NCBI GenBank assembly: GCA_032718475.1
Contig: JAUCBJ010007606.1
Location: 1 to 40,462, forward strand
Direction: 5' to 3'
From: Nemertoderma westbladi
Lineage: Eukaryota; Animalia; Xenacoelomorpha
DNA length: 40,462 bases
In this document: piece by piece, positions 10,540-20,449 of the stretch
Numbering within the stretch: the stretch's first letter is position 1
Layout of the letters: every line of letters begins with the position of its first letter
Notes under the pieces: generated by a model
Seen by the model: the letters and a program-made list of their open reading frames with translations, nothing else
Databases searched by the model: none
What the model was told of the DNA's origin: nothing
Translations under genes and position numbers: made by a program

Positions 10540-11292
10540 TAGATTTGGGGCTTGTGGAGCTGCATCAAAAATTGACTTTTAGACTCTTCATCTCTTAGAA
10601 ATATGATTCACAATTGACGAATTATAAAATAAGATGTTGGCAATTTTAACTTATTATTTAGACTGACAAACCGAATAAAAATGGTGTTTTATAGAATTGG
10701 CAGACAATTTTTCAAATTTTTCATTACAGCATTATACTTATTTCCATGGCAACGGGAATGTAAACAAATTCAAATGTAAAATATTTTGATAGTCTTTTAT
10801 TTCCTTTAATCACTTACCAAATCTCAAGGAAAGAAGAATCCATTGTCGCCTTGAAATACAGGCTGACAGGTGCGCAAAGTTTGAAATTTGCACCCGGTTA
10901 CCTTGACAACTATCTGACTATAAGATAAAACTTCCAGAAAGACATTTTATTACATTTCTATGGACTGATGGACCGTTGGACCCTAGTCATTATATAAACC
11001 TAACACAAGAAGCATAAAATAAGTTTCTAAGGAAATATTATGAAAATAGTGCCATAAATAGGGAAGAGATCGGCCTCCGGCTCCGCTAATTCTGAATTCA
11101 GTAATTTCAGCAATCCGCTCGCTGTATGACCTGTTATTTAGTAGCCTACACCATGGTAGTACTGTAGGGTTAACTCTTCAAATTCCGGACAAATCAAATT
11201 CCGGACACCATGGTCAAATTACGGACAAATTTAAATTTCATTGGTGCAAACTATAGAATTAATATCTGACTTTGTACAATAGCCTATAGACT

Positions 11293-11910
11293 TTGATCAC
11301 TGATGACTTAGAGGTACTGTCAGAATCACTAGAGGGAGCCCAAAGGCTTCTCTGCCAATTGGAGCAGGTTGCTTCTAGTGTTGGTCTTTTTGTAAATTCC
11401 AAGAAGACCAAAATAATCACAGTCAATCTAGACAGCCCTCAAGAAATGTCTGATCGTAAGGGCAGAAGCTCTACAGACAAACGCAACGGGGCTTTCTTGA
11501 GCACGTGTATGACTTCTGTTACTTGGGATCATGGTTCAGAAAGTCAGGTGAAGACCTTCGGATACGTAAGGGCAATAAGGCATGGGCAGCGTTAAATAGT
11601 CTGACCATGATTTGGGAGTCCCATAGAATGAAACATAACCTTACAGCCTTAAGGTTCGATTGTTTAGAGCAGCAATAGTGCCATTACTCTTATGGGAGTC
11701 GTAGAGTTTAGAGCTGAGCTCTAACTGCTGAGGATACCAAATATCTGGATGGTACTTTCACAAGAATGCTGCGCCGGGTTCATTGTTTCAAGTACAATGA
11801 ACACATCTCTAATCAGACTCTATCAGTCTATACAAAATTGGAGGTGTTCCATCAATCTCCCCTAGCTTGACTCTAGGGCGGAGCCGCCTCCGCTTTTGCA
11901 GGACTGCATA
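11293..11910 (+). pseudogene. Degenerate non-LTR retrotransposon RT fragment (RTE group, tentative)
   Basis: TDDLEVLSESLEGAQRLLCQLEQVASSVGLFVNSKKTK, then in shifted frames DFCYLGSW, AWAALNSL, LKVRLFRAAIVPLL, LDGTFTRMLRRV; several frameshifts. Confidence 0.8.
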
Positions 11911-12764
11911 GACAGATTCAAGCATCACCAAATTTTCAAAAGTTGCTAGCTGTTGATTGCCTATTGCATAAATTGTTTGCTTATTATTATTACCGGTACC
12001 AATAAAGGCTCGCCAAGCCTACTTGTCTATCTTTTGTGATATGTCTAAACAGTACTTTTTTATACTGTTATCAGCCAGCTAGCCAGCAGAACCTGGAACG
12101 CTTTAGGCATAACTACAGAACTATATATATAATATATATTACAGTAGGTGTATCATATATATGTTATAGGCGGTACCTATCTGCCTATTACGATGGCGCT
12201 GGGTTACAACCGCAAGACACAGGTTAAATTCTTTAAATCGTCAAATAGGGAGAGGAGCCCCATCGATAATTGATCCAAACATTGAGAAATATGTAGTGAC
12301 TCTGATATATATTGGTGATTTGGTTGGCCAGTGGCCACTAAGCACTCAGCACTAACTGACTAATCCACGTCATAAGGAATGCGCCTGGTGATATTTCCAA
12401 TCCATGTAATGTCTGCCAACAACCATAGCACTGTCAGACTGTAGTAACTCTAGAACAACTTTGTTTAATTTATAATAGTTTCAATTATCAGCAACTGCCA
12501 GACTGCTACAGTAACTGTTCGCAAATCCCATCTAAATGGTGAATGAATATTTCGCTTCAATGTTAAATTCTCAATTTAGGGAAATGTCAAATGACACGAA
12601 TGAGCAGATTATAGTGACATGTATTTCTAACCAAAACAATAAATGGAACACAATAGAACAGGTTATAGTTTTATTTATGGGAGTAATCGAACTGTTATTT
12701 GTGTCGAATTTCATGGAGAGGGATGCATTATTATTGCGTTGAAAGTCTCCCCACCCCCTATCCC

Positions 12765-13053
12765 GCCCATGTGAAGAATACCAGGATTTAACTTTTCGGT
12801 CGACTTTTTATTGGAATTTTATATATGAAGATTTTTTATTTTTTTAAATATATCTTTATTAAGTGTTTTATACCGCTTATTTCTGTCTTATAGCCTAACC
12901 TGTACATATACGAATTCGTTTATTGTTTTGGTTAGATTCAGCCCTCCTGTAATCTGTGTTATGGGGGAAAACCTTGTATTCTTCACATGGGGGTAATTGC
13001 AAAGTGAAATATAACGGCAGGAAGTCTGGCAGTCTGGTATTCTTCACATGGGC
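12765..13053. mobile_element. MITE-like element with 20-bp TIR
   Basis: GCCCATGTGAAGAATACCAG (12765-12784) / CTGGTATTCTTCACATGGGC (13034-13053); a further internal copy GTATTCTTCACATGGG at ~12976. Confidence 0.7.
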
Positions 13054-13426
13054 CCCCTATCTGGGGTGGGTATGCAAAACATAAAGCATTGCATAACTTC
13101 AGAACTGAGTACAGGAGTAAAATATGACTGTATGTAATACATTGATTGATTGATTGAATTTTTTCCCATATAAAAATACATACTGCACAATACTGAAATA
13201 ATATATATAAATCACAATTTACCGGTAATTTATTTTACATTGTTTTATGTACAATTCATTATGTAAATTAATGGATGGTAATACATGTTTGAAATTATAT
13301 AATAAAATTGTCTTGCCTAGGTATCATAAATGGTCTAACTCTGTACAGTAGTTTACAATAAATCACGTGTATATACATACATTAAACTTGAAATAAAATA
13401 AAACTTACAGTTTAAAATATATCTGT

Positions 13427-13712
13427 TACGTAGCTACAGTTTAAAAAGTAGTATCACATACGTACAGTAAAATTTATTTAACAAGGTAGGCCTACAATAA
13501 AATACGAACACGTAGTTTAAAACTTATCACATATTATGTATAGTAAAATTAACTCGGAGTATCAGTACGTAACTACAGTTTAAAAAGTAGTATCACATAC
13601 ATACAATGAAATTTATTTAACAAGGTACAATAAAATTTATTTAACAAGGTACAATAAAATACGAACACATAGTTTAAAACTTATCACATATGTACAGTAA
13701 AATTAACTCGGA
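13427..13712. repeat. Local tandem duplication (~135-bp unit x2)
   Basis: TACGTARCTACAGTTTAAAAAGTAGTATCACATAC...AAAATTAACTCGGA occurs at ~13427-13558 and ~13566-13712. Confidence 0.85.
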
Positions 13713-13737
13713 TGTCGGAGTCTCAGTATAATTTTAT

Positions 13738-13850
13738 ACAATAAAACAAGGTATACAAAATAAAACAAGGTAGACAAAAATAAAACAAGGTAGACAAAAT
13801 AAAACAAGGTAGACATCAATAAAACAAGGTAGACAAAAATAAAACAAGTA
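13738..13850. repeat. Minisatellite, ~19-bp unit AAATAAAACAAGGTAGAC x ~6
   Basis: Directly visible tandem copies. Confidence 0.85.
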
Positions 13851-13903
13851 GAACCTTAAAATAAAAAACAGTAGAAAATGTGCAATATTATACCTAAACA
13901 CTC

Positions 13904-13972
13904 ATATATATATCTATATCTATATACCTATATACCTATATCTATATACCTATACCTATACACCCATATACC
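13904..13972. repeat. Low-complexity (TATACC/TATATC) microsatellite
   Basis: Directly visible. Confidence 0.75.
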
Positions 13973-14833
13973 TAAACTAGGCCTAATGTAAATAAAGTTT
14001 AATTTAATTATTAAAATAGCCCTAATATCAACCCTCACATAAACTCTCACATCTAATACTGTAATAAAAGGCATTGTCCGGAATTATATACATGTCCGGT
14101 ATTTTACCAGGTAGGCCTAGTCAAATTCCGGACAGTCAATTTATAAAATGAAAACCACCCAGTTACAACTAAACAGTTTAACTGAGTGGTAGGCCTAACA
14201 ATTTGGTTTAATAGCTGAATAGTGAACTACAATAGCATCTTGCTGTCTTGTACAGATGTACAGATGCAAACATAATACTGTAATATCAAGGATTAAAGCA
14301 ATTTAAAGTGTCCCAAATTAAAAAAAATGTAATTTTGTCCGGAATTTGAATAGTCTGATAGTCAACCCTACACCTGCCCTAGTACAGTGTAGAAGGTAGG
14401 CCTCACTGTACGTACAGCCAGACAGCTGTAGGCGGGTACGACGAATTTGTACAAAGAAGTAGGCCCTACAAAAAAATACAAAATAGTACAAAAGAATACA
14501 AAAGACGTCGTGGCGTGGTCAGCGCTGCAGCGTACCGGTCTGCCGGTACGGTACCGGTACCCTACCTCCCTCCTCCCTATCTGTACTGCTGTATGCCTCT
14601 ACACAGCCTGACAGCGTTAGGCTATGCCCTATGACAGATTGACAGTACCGGTATGAGATGACCAGATAACAGAGATAACGATCTGCTGATCTCAGGATCT
14701 GCCGGTCAGCCAGTATAAACTAGCCTATTCAGTCTGAAATTCAGCAGTGGGCAGTCATCATGCTGTCAGCGTCAGGCTGCTGGGCTGTCAGGTATTGATT
14801 GCTGTACCTATTGCAGTTGCAGTAGGCCTATTC

Positions 14834-16339
14834 CAGTTAGGAACACAACGCCCGATTTTGTCCTTTTGAACGCCAAAATTTGGCGTCGCCAGGACCAATC
14901 TTGCTGCATTTTCCCCATAGACTAACATAGGAAAAAATAAGAATGCTAAGCGCATTTGATACAAAATTGTCGCATTTTAAAATTTATACCACTGAATTCC
15001 TTGCAAAATATAATGACGTTTCACCTCGTAAGAAAAAATATTGCTTACGGAATAAAAAGTTATCTCACTTTTAAAATATTATCAGAATTAGGCGTAATGG
15101 AACGCCAAATTATGTCCACAGAAAAAGGAACGCCAGATTATGTCCTTGGGGTGTTTATTGATTGACAGTCAGACAGTAGGTATCCTGTGCTGAGCGCTGT
15201 AATAAGTGCGAGACTGATCTAGGCTAATTATAAAGGGGTGGCTTGCCTATGGCTGGGTTGACTGTTTATAAGGTATAGCTTACTGGCGCCCAATGTCTGG
15301 GGCAGGTTAATGAGTATAGGGCAGATGTGACCTGGCTTTTCTTTCACACCTACAGACTGGGGTATTATGTATATGCAGGTGTGTGCTTGTTATTACATCA
15401 ATAGATGTTGGTTTGACTATGTGCCTGTGCCGTGTGCCATGTATATGTATCTTTGGCCAGATAGTTTAATGTTCAGTTTTTATTCAGTTTATTTTGTTTG
15501 ACCATTTTAATGTATAATGTCATAAATTTTAAATTATCTTTTGTGACTATGGTGGCCCACAGCGGCCATACCAGCATAAGTAAAAACGTTAATTGCATGA
15601 CTTCCATTAAAGTATTTACGCGGATTTCTGCAACAATCGTGTAAATAAATTAATAGATTAATACATTTGGGCAGCTTTGAATTCAAGTACACCTTCTTAT
15701 GGAGACCTATATAAATAAAATACGGTCTGACGGTAATAAATTAATTAACTTAATTATTGTGAATTCATTCACAATAATTAACTTAATTAATATAATATAA
15801 GTTAATTAATTAATTATTGAGTAATTACATATTCCCGGATATAACGGAATAAGTTAGGGTTGGCTTATGTTGTGCTCGTGCTTCATCCTTCATGTACATC
15901 AGAGCTAAAAAGTCTATGCCGGTAAAATGTAAAATAACGAGCTAAGCTCAACCACCTGCCTCCTGTACTGGATACATACATACATAGCCTCATTAGTTCA
16001 AAGGGCAAGGGGAATTCATACCGCTCTGCTGCTACACCACAACACACCATCTTAAACCATCCATGCCAGACATTAAGCCAATCAGCCAATGGGTTTCCAC
16101 TCCACTGCTCCAGGCTACTCTGAGCTGTAGCCAGGCTGTACAGATCACAGATTAGGCCGCTGTCACTCAAAATACCTACTGTGATAAAAATGGGACGCCC
16201 GATTATGTCGGGCAATACTTCATAAATATGGAACGCCAAATTTTGGCGTTCCAAACATAATCTGGCGTCCTAAACGCCTATTTCTACCGACAAAATCGGG
16301 CGTTCAAAAGGACAAAATCGGGCGTTGTGTTCCTAACTG
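14834..16339. mobile_element. Non-autonomous DNA transposon, perfect 41-bp TIRs, apparent 5-bp TSD TATTC
   Basis: CAGTTAGGAACACAACGCCCGATTTTGTCCTTTTGAACGCC (14834-14874) and its exact reverse complement (16299-16339); TATTC at 14829-14833 and 16340-16344; subterminal GAACGCCARATT motifs. Confidence 0.85.
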
Positions 16340-16703
16340 TATTCAGTATGGTAATAATTAGGGCTTACAGTACCGGTACCGGTATTAGTTTAGTTTAATC
16401 AGTTAATTGGGCTACTTACCAACGTCTCGCTCCTTGCCCATATTTCTTAGGATGACTGCGCCAAATGTTTTGAAAGCAGATTTTGTTTTGTAAATATTTC
16501 AGCAGGCCTACTCCCTGACTCCTGTACTGGTAACCTCTGAAACTGCTGAACAGTTTAGTAGCCTAATGCTGAAATGTATTTAGTTGAGAATGAGGTACCG
16601 GTACTGGTACAGTGCTCAGTGATACTTGGTATTTGGTGTGATTCTTAGGCACCTGTTGTCATTGATTGGTCAATGACATGATTGGTCAGCATGTTTTAAT
16701 GCA

Positions 16704-18512
16704 ATGCGCATGAATAGTACAGATGAGTCTAGGGAAGTTCATACAACCACTAAACGGAGGTATAAACTGTTATTATTAAACAAGATGAAATTATATAAAG
16801 CGCGGAAAGAAATACGCTTGATCGAAAATAGCGAAGAAGATAAAGCATCTTTCTGGAATATCTTAAAGTGTAATCGAACCGCTACTAAACCTGCTGCGCA
16901 ACAAGTCTCGGAAGAATCGTGGTCTACTCATTTTACGAATCTACTATCAACCGAAAATAATCCACAGCTACCAACCATCCCCGAACAGCCAGATAACGAC
17001 TTAGACAAACCGATCAATCCCGCTGAGATCACGGAAGCGGTTTACAGTCAAAAGCCAAATAAAGCAGCTGGTCCGGACGGTATCACCGGTGAAGCCTTGA
17101 AGCATGGTTTTGGTCACCTGCTTCCGTTTTTACTGACATTGTTTAGTGTTTGTTTCGCAACTGCTGCTTGCCCTGCAACCTGGCTAAAATCATACCTAAT
17201 TATGCTCTATAAGGGTAAGGGAAGTAAATTATCCCCGGACTGTTACCGTGGAATAGCGCTACTATCATGTTTGTTTAAAGTATATACTTCGATATTATTC
17301 ACACGCTTATACGAATTTGCAGAACGCCGAGGCCTACTACCAGATGCGCAACACGGTTACAGAAAATCACGTTCGACGATCGACGCTGTTAAACGTCTAT
17401 ATACCCGCATCAATTTTGCCCTTGAACCTAAGGGTGGCCATTTATACTGCGTATTTGTTGATTTTCGAAAATGTTTCGACTCGATAAACCGAGAGATTCT
17501 CTGCAGGAAATTATCGAAACTCGGAGTAAGTCGAAAGTTTATTATCGCTATCTGGTCTATGATCGCTATCAACTACATATATATCTGTGTTGGAGTTCAC
17601 ATTCTGGAGCCTATTACTCAAACAATTGGAGTTGTACAAGGCGATAAACTGTCTCCTTTACTTTTTAGTCTTTTTGTATCAGACCTACCAGCCTATCTCA
17701 TATTCGCATCAATTTGGATCATAATGTATGCTGATGATCTAGTCATATCAGGTGACTCTATCACGGAGGTTCAAGCTAGTCTAGACAAACTCTCAGAATA
17801 TTGTGAAGTAAATGGAATCCAGGTCAATATTGCGAAGACAAAGGTGGTTAAGTTCCGGAAGGGGGGGAGATTATCGAGGACTGACATTCTAGAATATAAC
17901 GGGCACAAATTGGAATTTCAAAGCTCCTTTCAATATTTAGGAGTTACTCTATCAACGAAAAATGGATCCAGAGGACACTACGATCATCTATACTCGAAAG
18001 GACTCTCCAGTTGTGTTGTAATTGCAACAAAGGTAAACCTACACATCGTTTCGCTAGAATCCGCCCAACGTTTATGGCAGTCTATTGTCCTTCCATCGAC
18101 CACTTATGGCTGCAACGTCTTCACTGCAAATGGTGACCTAACGCAACTGTGTCATGTTCAACGTGTCCGCGGTTTTTACTGGAAACTCTGGTGTGGAATA
18201 AGCAAGTTTGCCTCCACCACAGCCATCCTAAGTGCCATAGACAACCCGGCTAACTCAGATCCAAACGTGACAGGTCTCACAGGTTTCCGACGCCGCGCGG
18301 CAGCGCAGCTATTATCAAACGGTTGCCACCACCGCCTATGTACAAAACTCAATTGCTGGAGACCCACGGAAGACTGCACCTGTTGGGTGTGTGGCTCCCT
18401 GGCGGCAAACACAGACCACTACAAACTATGTACGCGCATACCTCAGTGCAGTTCACACCTAAAGACAGCAATTTGGCTGATGACGACAGATGCTGCAACA
18501 CTAACTATTTAA
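16704..18512 (+). CDS. Reverse transcriptase of a 5'-truncated LINE (RTEX-like, clade tentative) with C-terminal Cys/His domain
   Basis: KAAGPDGI, YRGIALLS, QHGYRKSRST, FVDFRKCFD, GVVQGDKLSPLLF, YADD, FQYLGV; no AP-endonuclease upstream. The first ~10-15 codons are probably flank-derived. Confidence 0.9.
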   Translation: MRMNSTDESREVHTTTKRRYKLLLLNKMKLYKARKEIRLIENSEEDKASFWNILKCNRTATKPAAQQVSEESWSTHFTNLLSTENNPQLPTIPEQPDNDLDKPINPAEITEAVYSQKPNKAAGPDGITGEALKHGFGHLLPFLLTLFSVCFATAACPATWLKSYLIMLYKGKGSKLSPDCYRGIALLSCLFKVYTSILFTRLYEFAERRGLLPDAQHGYRKSRSTIDAVKRLYTRINFALEPKGGHLYCVFVDFRKCFDSINREILCRKLSKLGVSRKFIIAIWSMIAINYIYICVGVHILEPITQTIGVVQGDKLSPLLFSLFVSDLPAYLIFASIWIIMYADDLVISGDSITEVQASLDKLSEYCEVNGIQVNIAKTKVVKFRKGGRLSRTDILEYNGHKLEFQSSFQYLGVTLSTKNGSRGHYDHLYSKGLSSCVVIATKVNLHIVSLESAQRLWQSIVLPSTTYGCNVFTANGDLTQLCHVQRVRGFYWKLWCGISKFASTTAILSAIDNPANSDPNVTGLTGFRRRAAAQLLSNGCHHRLCTKLNCWRPTEDCTCWVCGSLAANTDHYKLCTRIPQCSSHLKTAIWLMTTDAATLTI

Positions 18513-18775
18513 ATCAATAGAAAGTTCAAGGCCCGACTATACTGTTTATTTATTTTATCTTATTTAATGTGCCTTATATTATGCCAATCACCCTCTTCCC
18601 ATCTTTTTATTTAAAAATACTTTTATTTTATTTAAGTTTATTTTATAAATTTTATGTGCTCTATCCAATTACAACTTATCGTTTTAATTATGTTAAATCA
18701 AGTGTCATTACAATAGGCATACTTATAACCATTTACTCCTTGAGTAATTAAACGTCATATTGAATCTCAATGACG
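18513..18775 (+). mobile_element. Probable 3' UTR/terminus of the LINE
   Basis: T-rich tract, ATTAAA at ~18747-18752 and two terminal hairpins (18733-18747; 18753-18775). The end point is inferred. Confidence 0.45.
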
Positions 18776-19452
18776 ATTATCATAGCAGTGCTTTTTTAAG
18801 GTGGTGATTATAGCGGCCAATTTAAATTTACACTATGTCTGTGCACCGTGCACTGTGTGCAGTAAATGACATGACATGTAATATTTAGACAAAAATCTCT
18901 AATAATGATTTCTCATTTTTATAAAAGACAAATAATTATCTATTTTCAGAAATTTTAATACTTTAATAGGGCGTCTAAAACAAATGTGTTGGATCTGTGT
19001 AGGTAGACACATGACCAGCAAAGATATTAAAAATTAATTCCAATTTCTAGATCAGAAAATAGCTAGCAGTTTAGTTAAGGTACTCTTCGATTTGGATTTA
19101 ATTGCAAATAAGTATTATTTCGTACAATTACGTAAAGGCGGATGAAAAACATATACGCGCACGGTATATACTGTAGTTGTAGCCCATGTACTGTATATAT
19201 TGAATGCGGGTAGTGGACTTACACATACCTGACAGGCATGTACAGTAGACCTACCACAAGTGGTATGTATGATAATTTCATGCGTTGAAATCTAACGCCT
19301 TCCAAATTTTATACGTGTCAGGAAATTCAACTCAATTTTTAAAAGATCAATCCAACCTTTTCTTGTATACATATAACAATGTTAATATTTTACTTGCGCC
19401 TTCGCAATATGTCGTGGCGTTGACGTGTCGCGTGTCACGGTTGATGATTGAC

Positions 19453-19466
19453 GCGGGAAATTTGAA
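19453..19466 (+). promoter_or_regulatory. E2F-site + CHR-like tandem motif GCGGGAAA-TTTGAA
   Basis: Motif match within a small CpG-rich patch (~19396-19460); no associated gene seen. Confidence 0.25.
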
Positions 19467-20449
19467 ATTAAAAACCTAGTGTATATTCATTTGGGGCGAA
19501 TACGCCAGTGTTGACCTATGACTTGTTACAGTTGGCTGCTCAAGTCTCACGTTTTATGGTGTTGATTAATTCTAAAAGAACAACACTGATTATAATATAA
19601 CATTCGCATTCTATGTGCCAATGTTGACCGTTTAAATGTTGATGGTTTTTATTGGTGTGTTGACGTGTACAGTGGCTGAAATCCTGACTTTTTAGAATCA
19701 GTGATAATAGTAAAGATAGTTAGTTTTTTCATTCAGTCCTGATTACACTGGCGGTCTCATTGATCCATTATTGGTTAAAAATAATTATAGCGGTAGTTAA
19801 TTACATAAAACACGGCAACGTTGGTTTATTGCCTCTTTGTATACTAGCCTCCGTAAGCAGGGCCTGATTACCGCCTAGGATAACGAGAGAAAGCCGCCCC
19901 AATATTAGATTATTACAACAACATATCCATTGGGTAAGAAAGTGGAGGAGAGCCAGCCCGTCTCTTAATTTTTTACTTTATATTACGCGATCAATTTTCA
20001 CTCATCTCGTCATGAACCCAACATGTATGTAACCTTTTGTTAAATTTGTTGGCTATGCGTTTGCGGTTGTTTGGGCGGAGTGTGGTAGGCCTACACTTTT
20101 CACACTTAAATATTTTGGTTGTGAAATGTTACAGGGCATAGCGATCTGAGATATTTCATTTATATTTTATTATGAGAGGAAGAAGAACATACAACGTTAT
20201 TTACTATGTAACAAAATAATTGTTTTCGGGTTTAACTTGGAAGCCTCCCCAAATAGTTGATATACAATTATATTTAAAATTATTTCCATGGTCATGGTCA
20301 TTCACCCGTCTTTAATTAGAAATTTGTTTGCATGAAAGACAGTTTAGTTTTTACTGATTTATTATCTCTTATCTGACTGGGGTAATAATAAAGGATAGGA
20401 TAAATGGAAGCAAAGTGTGACAGTAACAAATATTTCCCCGTCACCCTAG

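Larger units (their letters stand above)
11165..14370. mobile_element. Non-autonomous TIR DNA transposon (hAT-like TAGGG termini) with nested inserts
   Basis: Left TAGGGTTAACTCTTCAAATTCCGGACAAA vs reverse complement of right end TAGGGTTGACTATCAGACTATTCAAATTCCGGACAAAA. Subterminal AATTCCGGACA motifs cluster at both ends (~11180-11228; ~14075, 14123, 14337). No clean TSD. Confidence 0.65.

Noticed and set aside
15883-16254. 123-aa ORF inside the TIR element
   Set aside because: No transposase or other motif, and it starts within subterminal repeats.
16657-16679. Hairpin TGTCATTGA/TCAATGACA near the LINE 5' junction, sharing TCAATGAC with the 3' hairpin
   Set aside because: The shared 8-mer does not abut the RT-homologous sequence, so it is not a supportable TSD.
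19845-19866. TAGCCTCCGTAAGCAGG resembling an Academ-type terminus
   Set aside because: No matching opposite end found in the window.
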